Below, piece after piece: positions 38,139 through 46,900 of a stretch of DNA of 64,000 bases. The notes beneath the pieces were generated by a model that was given only the letters and a program-made list of their open reading frames with translations, made no database searches and was not told the origin of the DNA. The stretch comes from Polyangiales bacterium. GTDB taxonomy: Bacteria > Myxococcota_A > Polyangia > Polyangiales > Polyangiaceae. The first letter of the stretch is position 1; each line of letters begins with the position of its first letter. Both the position numbers and the translations under genes were made by a program. The stretch lies in the NCBI GenBank assembly GCA_038231275.1, contig JBBRLQ010000004.1, positions 288,001 to 352,000 of the forward strand, read 5' to 3'.

Positions 38139-39871
38139 TCGAAGGAGAGCTGGTCACGCTCGACGACGCGTCGATCCTCGGACAAGGAGGAGAGGGGCGC
38201 GTCTACCGACTCGGCGCCCGCGCCGTGAAGATCTTCCACGCAATCTCGAAGGAGAAGGCGCAGAAGCTCGAGGCGTTTCCTCGCGGCCTCCCGCGCGGCG
38301 TCGTCGCGCCGATTCATCTCGTGCGCGATCCGAAGAGCGACGCGATCGTCGGCTACACGATGGAGCTCGTGGCCGGCGCGACGGACGCGATGCGCCTCTC
38401 GTCGCGGCGCTTCCGGCAGGGGGCCATCAGGAACGACGTCGTGTGCGCCATCCTGCGACGCTTGCACGCGCTGGTCGGGCAGGTCCACGCGCGCGACGTG
38501 ATCGTCGGCGACCTGAACGACGGCAACGTGGTCTTCACCGGCACGCAGCCGTGGCTGATCGACACCGACTCGATGCAGCTCCGCGGGCACCTCTGCACCG
38601 TCGCGCACGAGCGCTTCCTCGACCCTCGCCTCTTCGGCGCCGATCTCACGCGCGCCCCGGCGTTCGACGCGGCGAGCGATTCGTACGCGCTGGCGGTCAT
38701 GGCGTTCGCGAGCCTCCTCTACGTTCACCCGTACGGCGGCCAGCACAAGACGATCCCGACGATGCTGCGCCGCGCCGAGGCGAGTCACAGCGTGCTGCGG
38801 TCCGACGTCGCCTACCCGCGCGCCGCGACGCCGTTCGCGGTCCTCACGGACGATCTCCTCCATCATTTTTCTCGGACGTTCGATCACGGCGCGCGCTCTC
38901 CGATCTCCGAGGCGCTGCTCTCGCCGCGCTGGACGACGTGCTCGTGCGGCATCGAGCACGCGCGCGTGAAGTGCCCCGTGTGCGCGACGCGGGCGCACGT
39001 GCCGGGTCCGGTCGCTGCAGGGGTTCGCGTCATGCGTGTCTTCGCCACGAAGGGGCGGATCGTCGCGGCGGCCGTGCAGGGCCGCGTCCTCGCGTACGCA
39101 CACGTCGACGACGCCGACGTTCTCCGTCGGGAAGACGGTATCGCGATCCCCGTCGCCCTCTCGCCCACGGCGCGCGTGAGGATCGCCGGCGCCAGCACGT
39201 GGATCCACGACGGCGGCGTCGCTGTCCAGGTCGTGCGCGGCGAAATCGTCCTACGCGCCGAGGCTGCGGCGATGGGTGCCGGCCTCGCCGGCGTGTTTCT
39301 GGCCAACGGTGACTGGCTCACGGACGCCACCACCACCGCGCGGGTAGGGCAAGTCCTCGCGGGGACCACCTGGCTCGAGGTCGGCGATCGCTTCGGCGTC
39401 GGCTTCTACCGCGCGGGCGCCATCACGGTCGGGTTCGTCGTTCGCCCCGGGCGCGGAATGCTCCGCGTGGAGCTGCCGGTCATTCACGGGCGCCTCGTCG
39501 ACGCGTCGGTCACGTTCGACGGCGCGCGCGCCCTCCTCGGCATCGCCACCGAGACGGGCGGTCACGTCTCTCACGCGCTCCACGTGGTGCAAGACGACGG
39601 CGAAATCCTCGCACGCGCCAGCGGCTCGCCCGAGTCGCGTCCGCTCCTGGCGAGCGTCTTCGGCAAGTGCATGGCTGGCGGCGCGATCGTCTCGGCCACC
39701 GACGATGGGCTCGTCCTCGCGCGTCCCGATCTCGCGACCGGCGATCTCGAAGAGACCCGCACCTTTCCCGCGACGCGCGATTTCGTCGCCGCGGGCGTCG
39801 ACATCCTTGCGGGGCCGCAGGGCTCCGTTTACCTCGTCCAGACGGGCGAGATCCTTCAGCTCACCATTTGA
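38126..39871 (+). CDS. TerY-associated-type Ser/Thr kinase + zinc ribbon + beta-rich C-terminal domain
   Basis: LGQGGEGRVY, AVKIF, IVGDLNDGNV, LIDTDS, VHPYGG; CSCG...CPVC; GTG start overlaps the PP2C end. Confidence 0.8.
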   Translation: MRVVIEGELVTLDDASILGQGGEGRVYRLGARAVKIFHAISKEKAQKLEAFPRGLPRGVVAPIHLVRDPKSDAIVGYTMELVAGATDAMRLSSRRFRQGAIRNDVVCAILRRLHALVGQVHARDVIVGDLNDGNVVFTGTQPWLIDTDSMQLRGHLCTVAHERFLDPRLFGADLTRAPAFDAASDSYALAVMAFASLLYVHPYGGQHKTIPTMLRRAEASHSVLRSDVAYPRAATPFAVLTDDLLHHFSRTFDHGARSPISEALLSPRWTTCSCGIEHARVKCPVCATRAHVPGPVAAGVRVMRVFATKGRIVAAAVQGRVLAYAHVDDADVLRREDGIAIPVALSPTARVRIAGASTWIHDGGVAVQVVRGEIVLRAEAAAMGAGLAGVFLANGDWLTDATTTARVGQVLAGTTWLEVGDRFGVGFYRAGAITVGFVVRPGRGMLRVELPVIHGRLVDASVTFDGARALLGIATETGGHVSHALHVVQDDGEILARASGSPESRPLLASVFGKCMAGGAIVSATDDGLVLARPDLATGDLEETRTFPATRDFVAAGVDILAGPQGSVYLVQTGEILQLTI

Positions 39872-39904
39872 CGCATCATCTGAAACCGACCGGAGGTAAA
39901 CGCC

Positions 39905-40876
39905 ATGACTCTTCCCATCCCCGCGATCTACGAAAAGAAGCTGGTCTCGGAGGTCTACATCGAGCGCGCGAGCGTCGTCGCCGATCTCGCCGAGGAGCAC
40001 GCCAAGAAGTACGGAGTGCTCCCTGCCGCGCAGGACAAGTTCCGCATCTGCGCGTTCGGCATCGACGCGCAGGTCGGCTTCTGCACGCCAGGCGCGAGCC
40101 TGTTCGTCCCCGGCGCGGTCGAGGACACCGATCGCGCGATCCGTTTCATCTACCAGAACCTCGACAAGATCACGGCGCTCCACTTCTCGATGGACACGCA
40201 CCGCGTCTTCCAGATTTTTCACCCTGCTTTCTGGATCGACGCGCATGGCAAGCACCCGGGGCCCTTCACGCCGATCTCGCATGAGGACGTGAAGACCGGG
40301 AAATGGCAGCCGATCAGCCATCCAAAAGAGGCGCTCGAGTATACGAAGAAGCTCGAGACGAGCGGCAAGTACACGCTCAATGTGTGGCCCTACCACACGC
40401 TGCTCGGCGGCCTATCGCACGCGCTCGTGCCGGCTCTCATGGAGGCGTCCATCTTTCACGCGGTCGCGCGGCGCCACCAGACGCACTTCGAGACGAAAGG
40501 GACCCACGCGATGACCGAGAACTACTCGGTCCTGTCGCCCGAAGTGCAGGAGCTCGGCGGCAAGGCGGTCGGCGGCTTCAACACGGCGTTCTTCCGGATG
40601 CTCATGGAGTACGACCGCATCTACGTGTACGGGCAGGCCAAGTCGCACTGCGTGCTGTCGACGCTGAACGACATGCGCGATCACATCCGCTCCGTGGATC
40701 CCGCGCTCATGGACAAGGTGTGGATCCTGGAGGACGCGATGAGCCCGGTGCCGGCGCCGCCCATCGATCCGCTACCTCCGTCGCTCGACTTTCCGAAGAT
40801 CGCCGAGCGCGCCATCGCCGACCTTGCCCGCGCGGGCATGCACGTCGTCAAGACCACCGATCCCATCGTGATTTGA
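39905..40876 (+). CDS. Nicotinamidase-like cysteine hydrolase (isochorismatase superfamily)
   Basis: IDAQVGF (Asp), MDTH, VWPYH, FETKG (Lys), GQAKSHCV (Cys); GGAGG RBS. Confidence 0.8.
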   Translation: MTLPIPAIYEKKLVSEVYIERASVVADLAEEHAKKYGVLPAAQDKFRICAFGIDAQVGFCTPGASLFVPGAVEDTDRAIRFIYQNLDKITALHFSMDTHRVFQIFHPAFWIDAHGKHPGPFTPISHEDVKTGKWQPISHPKEALEYTKKLETSGKYTLNVWPYHTLLGGLSHALVPALMEASIFHAVARRHQTHFETKGTHAMTENYSVLSPEVQELGGKAVGGFNTAFFRMLMEYDRIYVYGQAKSHCVLSTLNDMRDHIRSVDPALMDKVWILEDAMSPVPAPPIDPLPPSLDFPKIAERAIADLARAGMHVVKTTDPIVI

Positions 40877-40890
40877 GAAGGAGCAACGCC

Positions 40891-41685
40891 ATGACGACAT
40901 CCACGGAAATTGCGGAGATTCAGGCACTCCTCTCGAACGCCCAGGCCGCCGGCACGATCGGCGCGGCCACGTCCTATGCGCTGTCCGGTCACCTCGGCGC
41001 GGTCGTCGTCGCGGGGGCGGCGGGGCTCGCGATGGAAGACATCGCGTCGAGCGATGTGACGCTCGTGACGGTCCTCATCGACGCGTCGTCGAGCATCCAT
41101 TCGCGCGGGCTCGAGGACGCGGTGCGTGAGGGGCAGAACCTCCTCGTCGACGCGTTCGACAAGGCCAAGGAGAAGGACAGCGTGCTCATGGCGCTTTGGA
41201 CCTTCAACGACGAGCTCCGGGTTCATCACGCGTACGTGCCGGTCGACACGTGCAGCCGCCTCGATCCGTCGACGTACGCCGGCGTCGGCGGCACGCGCCT
41301 TTACGACACGTGGTGCGACGCGCTCGCCGCGAACGTGGCCTACGCGCAGCGCCTTCGCGACGGAGGAACACCGTGCAAGAGCGTGGTCGTGGTGATCACC
41401 GATGGCGAGGACTGCGGCTCACGGAGGACCGCGAAGGACTGCGAGAAGCTCAGTCGCGAGCTGCTGGCCAGCGAGCAGTTCACGCTGGCATTCGTGGGCG
41501 TGGGCAGCGACGTGGACTTTCGCGCGGTCGCCAAGCGAATGGGCGTGCCGGACGGGAGCGTCGCGGTGCAGGCCAACACGTCACCTGCGGCGCTGCGGCA
41601 GATGTTCCACATGGTGAGTCAGTCGGCGATCCGCGCGAGCCGCGCCAACGTCACGCCGGGCGGCACGGGCTTCTTCGGTCCGTAG
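40891..41685 (+). CDS. TerY-like von Willebrand factor A domain protein
   Basis: MIDAS motifs LIDASSS, GGTRLYD and VITDGED; AGGAG RBS. Confidence 0.85.
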   Translation: MTTSTEIAEIQALLSNAQAAGTIGAATSYALSGHLGAVVVAGAAGLAMEDIASSDVTLVTVLIDASSSIHSRGLEDAVREGQNLLVDAFDKAKEKDSVLMALWTFNDELRVHHAYVPVDTCSRLDPSTYAGVGGTRLYDTWCDALAANVAYAQRLRDGGTPCKSVVVVITDGEDCGSRRTAKDCEKLSRELLASEQFTLAFVGVGSDVDFRAVAKRMGVPDGSVAVQANTSPAALRQMFHMVSQSAIRASRANVTPGGTGFFGP

Positions 41686-41726
41686 ACGTCGCGAAGGGCC
41701 GCCGGCATCGGGTATGGTGACGGCGC

Positions 41727-42446
41727 ATGTCGACCTCGGAGAGGAAGTTCCTCGCGGCCTACCGCCCCGGCCGCTTTCCCAGGCCGGCGGTGACGGTGGA
41801 CGTCGTCGTCTTCACGCTGCGCGACGCGGTGCTCCAGGTGCTGCTCGTTCAGCGCGGCGAGCACCCCTTCAAGGGGCGCTGGGCGATCCCGGGGGGCTTC
41901 GTGCGCGTCACCGAGGAGCCGGCCGATCAAGGAGAGGATCTCGACGCCGCGGCTGCGCGCGAGCTCGAGGAGGAGACGGGCCTCGGGACGCGCGCGCACA
42001 GCCTGCCGCTCGAGCAGCTGCGCGCGTTCGGCGCGGCGGGGCGCGATCCTCGGATGCGTGTCATCAGCGTCGCCTACTACGCGCTCGTCACGCCCGATCT
42101 CGCGCCGCTCGTTCGCGCCGGCGGCGACGCAGCGCACGCGGCGTGGCACCCGATCGAAGCCGCGCGCCTGCTGCCCCTCGCGTTCGATCACCGCGACATT
42201 CTCGAAGCCGCCACCGAGCGTCTCCGCACCGACATCGACAGGCTCGCCCGCGCGCTCGTGCCCGAGACCTTCAGCATCGCCGAGCTGCGCGCGGTCCACG
42301 AGGCCGTGCTCGGTCGCGCGCTCGATCCGGGCAACTTTCGGAAGCGCGTTCTTCGCATGCTCGAAGACCGCGTCCTCGAGACTGCGCCGGGCAAACGGGT
42401 CACCGCATCGAAGCCCGCCCGCGTCTACCGCTTTGCCAAACGGTAA
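41727..42446 (+). CDS. nrtR: NrtR-family Nudix + winged-HTH transcriptional regulator
   Basis: VTVDVVVF, WAIPGGF, RELEEETGL, RDPR.RVISVAY, LAFDH; wHTH FSIAELRAVHE..LG..LDPGNFRKR...PARVYRF. Confidence 0.88.
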   Translation: MSTSERKFLAAYRPGRFPRPAVTVDVVVFTLRDAVLQVLLVQRGEHPFKGRWAIPGGFVRVTEEPADQGEDLDAAAARELEEETGLGTRAHSLPLEQLRAFGAAGRDPRMRVISVAYYALVTPDLAPLVRAGGDAAHAAWHPIEAARLLPLAFDHRDILEAATERLRTDIDRLARALVPETFSIAELRAVHEAVLGRALDPGNFRKRVLRMLEDRVLETAPGKRVTASKPARVYRFAKR

Positions 42447-42478
42447 TTGGTTACCACTTAAGTGGTAACCAGGTTACC
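42442..42478. promoter_or_regulatory. Compound palindrome: perfect 24-bp TGGTTACCACTTAAGTGGTAACCA overlapping GGTAACCAGGTTACC
   Basis: Perfect palindrome at 42448-42471 and a 15-bp palindrome at 42464-42478; AT-rich and intergenic. Confidence 0.55.
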
Positions 42479-42550
42479 TTTTAGACCGCGTAAACTATCG
42501 ACAACATGTTTGGATCGCTTCCTGCGTAGAGCTGGCGCGGAGGCGTTCAA

Positions 42551-43993
42551 ATGGTAACTTATGGTCACGGTGCATCCTCGATCCTCGTGCTCGGCGGTCT
42601 CTTCGCGGTGGCGTGCGGTACGCTCGCGCCCATCGGATCGGACCCTTCTCACGCGGCCGCTCAAGACCCCGACGCGTCCATCCCCGCCACGGCGACCGTG
42701 CCCGGCGCGTACATCCCCGGCTCGACGACGCCCGAGGCGAAGTACCCGGGCCACGGCTTCATCGTTCACGAGTGGGGGACGAACACGATCGTCGTCGGCT
42801 CCGACGGATCGGTGCAGCGCGGCCTTCACCACGAAGAAGAAGACCTCCCGGCCTTCGTTTACGACCGCATCAAGGCGGGCGGGGTGACGGGCTCGGTGGA
42901 AGTGAAGATGGAGACGCCTGTCCTCTACTTCTATTCGGACGCTGCGCTCGACGCCGAGGTCCAGGTGTCGTTCCCCGCCGGCGTGATGACGCAGTGGTAT
43001 CCGTCGGCGCGCGGCTTCACGCCGATGCTGGCGGACATCGCAGGGAGCGTCGTCGATCCGGTGATGGACCCGAAGTTCTCGCCGAAGCTCGACGCGTGCA
43101 TCCAACGGTTCTCCGACGGCAAGGCGATTGAAAACGGGCAGCTCGACTGGGGCACCGTGCACATCGGCGCGCGCACCGATCGCCTGACCGCGCCCGACGC
43201 GCCGCTCGCCCAGTACACGTGGAGCCACGCCCGCGCGGTCGACGCGAACCCGCTGCGCGTGCAAAAGCCCGGCGCGGCCGTCGACCACGAGGAGGAGCGC
43301 TTCCTCTTTTACCGCGGCCTCGGGAACTTCGCGCTGCCGGCGCGGATCACGAGCGGCGGACCGGGCTCGTACGAGGGGAGCGGCGTTTCGATCCTCGATC
43401 GCGACGGCGCCAACCCGCTCGGGTCGACGTTCGTGCTCGACGTCGGCGCGACCTCGGCCAAATTCGCCGTTCACCCGGAGGGGCTCGCGGCCAGCCACGG
43501 CGCGCTGATCGAGTCGCTCTCTGGCGCGACGTCGATGCCGCTCGACGCGTACGCCGACGCGCTCGCGGCCGCGATGACCGCCGAGCTCGACAAGACGGGG
43601 CTCTACCACGACGAGGCCGTGGGGATGGTGAGCACGTGGCGTCGTCAGTGGTTCCGGACGCCGGGCCTTCGCGTCCTCTACTTCGCGCCGCAGGCGTGGA
43701 CCGACACGCAGATCCCTCTCGCCATCACGCCGAAGCCCGATCGCATCACGCGCGTCATGGTGATCCGCACCGAGGTGATCACGACGGAGCTCGAGTGGGT
43801 CGACGTCGCGGCGGTGCGCGGGATCAACGCGGGCGACGCGACGGCGACGGCGCATTTCGACGGGCTCGGGCGCTTCGCGGAGCCTCGTCTGCGACGCGCG
43901 CGTCAGCTCGTTGGCGACGCGGGGCCGTCTGCTGCGGCGACGCTGCTCGCGAAGATCTCCGGCGCGAACACCACCCTCGGTACCGGCGAATGA
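42551..43993 (+). CDS. Conserved hypothetical lipoprotein (VHEWGT / METPVLYFY type)
   Basis: Lipobox AVAC; VHEWGT, VKMETPVLYFY, TQWYP, ERFLFYRGLG, GLY.DEA..M..TW. Confidence 0.7.
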   Translation: MVTYGHGASSILVLGGLFAVACGTLAPIGSDPSHAAAQDPDASIPATATVPGAYIPGSTTPEAKYPGHGFIVHEWGTNTIVVGSDGSVQRGLHHEEEDLPAFVYDRIKAGGVTGSVEVKMETPVLYFYSDAALDAEVQVSFPAGVMTQWYPSARGFTPMLADIAGSVVDPVMDPKFSPKLDACIQRFSDGKAIENGQLDWGTVHIGARTDRLTAPDAPLAQYTWSHARAVDANPLRVQKPGAAVDHEEERFLFYRGLGNFALPARITSGGPGSYEGSGVSILDRDGANPLGSTFVLDVGATSAKFAVHPEGLAASHGALIESLSGATSMPLDAYADALAAAMTAELDKTGLYHDEAVGMVSTWRRQWFRTPGLRVLYFAPQAWTDTQIPLAITPKPDRITRVMVIRTEVITTELEWVDVAAVRGINAGDATATAHFDGLGRFAEPRLRRARQLVGDAGPSAAATLLAKISGANTTLGTGE

Positions 43994-46900
43994 CGGCGAG
44001 CGCCCCTCCCCTTCGCCTCGATCACCCGCGCTACGAGGCGGGCGAGGCGCTCGGGCAGGGCGCGCAAGGTCACGTGCTGCGCGTGCGCGACCGGGAAAAT
44101 CCTGGGCGCGCGCTCGTCGCGAAGGTGCTGCGGGGAGCGGCAGAGGGGTCGCTCGACGCCGAGTTTGCGCTGCTCGCGAGGCTCCGGATCGAGGGCCTCG
44201 CGCGCGCGCACGACCTGGCGCGCGACACGTCGAGCGGGGTCCTCTTCTTGGTCGAGGACTTCATCGACGGGCCCGACGCGGCCCGCCACGTTGCGGCGGA
44301 GCCGACGCCGGCGTCGAAGAACCGCGCGCTGGCGCGCATCCTCGCCGATCTCGCGCGGACCCTCGGCGCGCTCCATGAGGCGGGGTTCGTGCACGGCGAT
44401 CTCAAGCCCGAGCACGCGCGCGTGACGCCCGCGCGGACGATGCTGCTCGATCTGGGCGCGGCGATCGCGCGGACGGGCGATGCGCGCCCGGAGATGGTGA
44501 CGCGCGCGTACGGCGCGCCCGAAGTGCTCGCGGGAGGCGCGGCGTCTCCCAGCGCCGACCTCTTCGGGCTCGGCGCGCTCGCGTGGGGCGTCGCGACGGG
44601 AAGGCCGCCGCGCGGGGGCACCGGCGCGCTGCGTGACCACGCGCCATGGGTCGCACCGAGCCTCGCGGCCACGATCGAAGCGCTGCTCGCCGCGCACCCC
44701 GCCGACCGACCTCGCTCCGCGAGCGAAGTGCTCGCGCGACTCGGCGCGTGCGTCGATCTCGGCGCATGGCAGGCGTCGTCGGGCGCGCCGGCGGGGCGCG
44801 CGAGAGAGTGGGCCGAGGCGGCGCGCAACCGCGCGCACGTCCTCTACGTGACCGGCCCTTCCGGCGCGGGAAAGAGCCATCTGGTGCGGGAGCTCGTCGC
44901 GACGACGCTCCTCGAAGGTCGCCCCGCGCGTGCGTTGGCGTTTCCGAGCGAGGACGGTCGTCTGCTCCCGCGCCTCACGGCGTTCTTCCGAGGAGAGCGC
45001 GACGCGTTTCCGTTTCACGTCGCCGATGGCGGTGGCGGCGTCGGGGAGCCAGTCCTGCTCGTCCTCGACGATCTCGACGCGGCGCGCCCGGAGGTCCGTA
45101 CGGCGCTCGAGGCTCTGCGTTGCCGGGGCGGTGATCCGCTCGTCCGCGTCGTCGCGACGTGCCGCCGCGCGCCGAGGGGTGCGATCACGCTGGAGCTGGC
45201 GCCGCTCGCGGCAGATGCGTTCGAAGAGCTCGCCGTGAGCATGGGTGTGCCGGCGGACGAGGCGCGCGCGCTCCATACGTCGTGCGAAGGCCTGCCCGGC
45301 TGGCTCGTCGCCGCGCGCGGTCGCGTGCCGTTGACGCGCGACACGGCGCTGGCGCGGACGAAGTCGCTGTCGACCGACGCGCGAGATCTCCTCGCGGTGA
45401 TCGCGCTGCTCGGTGGGGAGGCCACGCGCGCGCAGCTCGCACGATCGACGACGCTCGAAGTGTTTGCGCCGCTCGCCGAGCTCGCTCGTGCCGGGCTCGT
45501 CTCGCGGCGAAGGGCCGAAGGCGGTCAAGAGGAGGCGAACGCCACGCTCGCCTCGCCGGGAATCGCGCGGGATCTCGCCGCCGCGCTCTCGACCTACGAT
45601 CTCGCCGATCGAGCGGCGGAGGCGGCGCTGGGAGACGGCGTGCCGGCCGCGACGCTGCTCTCGGTCGCGCTTTGTCCGACCCCTCCGCGGCGCCGCGCGG
45701 AGCTGCTCGCGGCCGCCGCGACGCGCGCGCGCGCCACCGGAGCGCGAAGTGACGAGCTCGACGCGCTGCTCGCGTCGGCGGCCGATCCGGCGGCGCGGAC
45801 TGCTCCGCTGCTCCTCCGCCTCGAACGCCTCACGCGCGATCTCGGCGCCGCGAACGCGCATCCGCAAGTTCTGGTCTGGCTCGATGCGCTCGGCGACCAG
45901 GACGCAAGCGTCCGTCCGCTCGCGCTTCGCCGTCGCGCCGAGGCGAAGGCGCGGGCCGGAGCCGCAGACGACGCGCGCGCGACGGCGGCGCTCGCCCGCG
46001 AGGCCGCAAGGGCGCGCGGGGACGCGGCGCTCGAGGCGCTCTCTCTGGCGACAGCCGGGGCGGTGGCGCTGTTCCGCGCGGACTGGCCGGAGGCGGAGCG
46101 CGCGCTGATCGAAGCGCGATCCCTGGCGTCCGCATTTCCGCCCGACGATCCCGAAGAGCTCGCGCGGCTCGATCACAACCTCGGGGTCGTCCTCTTGTAT
46201 CGGAACCGTCACGCCGAGGCGGCGCACGCGTTCGAGCGCGCGTTGGCGGTGAAGCGCGCGCTCGGAGATTCGGCGGGCTGCCGCGCGTGTCTCCTCAACC
46301 TCGGGCTCGCGTGGACGCGCGAGGGGCGATTCGAGGAGGCCGAGCGCGCGCTGACCGAAGCCACGCTCCTCGCGGAGTCGCTCGAGCAGACGACGGGACG
46401 CGCGTGGACGCTCGCCGCGCGCGCGGATCTCGAGATCCGGCGGCGCCGACCGCGCGACGCCGAGCGCTTCACTGCAGAGGCCGAGGCGTCCAGTGACGCG
46501 CTCCCGCCGGCCGTTCGCGCGGACCTCGCGCTGCTGCGCGCGGAGATCGGGCTCGAGGACGGGGATGGTCGGGCCGCGCTCGCGGCGCTCGATGCGCTCG
46601 ATACGTCGCTGCGCGCCGACGACGCGCTGATCGACGCCCGCGCGCACGTCCTCACGTCCCGCGCGTTCATGGCCATGGTGCCTCCCGAGCCGAGACGCGC
46701 GGCGCGAGCTGCCGTCGCCGCGCTTCGGCGATCGCGCGAGGCCGCCCTCGCCGAGCAGGAGGCCGCCGCCGCGATCGCCCTCACGCAGGCGCGCACGCGC
46801 GCGCGATCGGCCGCGCGGTGCTACGAAGCGCGTGCGATGCCGGTCTCCGCCACGCCCGCTACGCCGTCGACCCCTCGCGACGCCCCGCTCTGGGCGTGGC

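Noticed and set aside
39905-42446. Ordinary NrtR-pncA NAD salvage operon
   Set aside because: No pncB, nadE, nadD or prs nearby, and the hydrolase is longer than typical PncA and embedded among PP2C, kinase and vWA genes.
42533-42549. TGGCGCGGAGGCGTTCA as a sigma54 promoter
   Set aside because: No GC at the required GG-N10-GC spacing.
43219-43989. N-terminal 257 aa of the 1717-aa ORF
   Set aside because: Arg/Gly-rich shadow frame overlapping the real 42551-43993 gene; the ATGA overlap at 43990 gives the better start.
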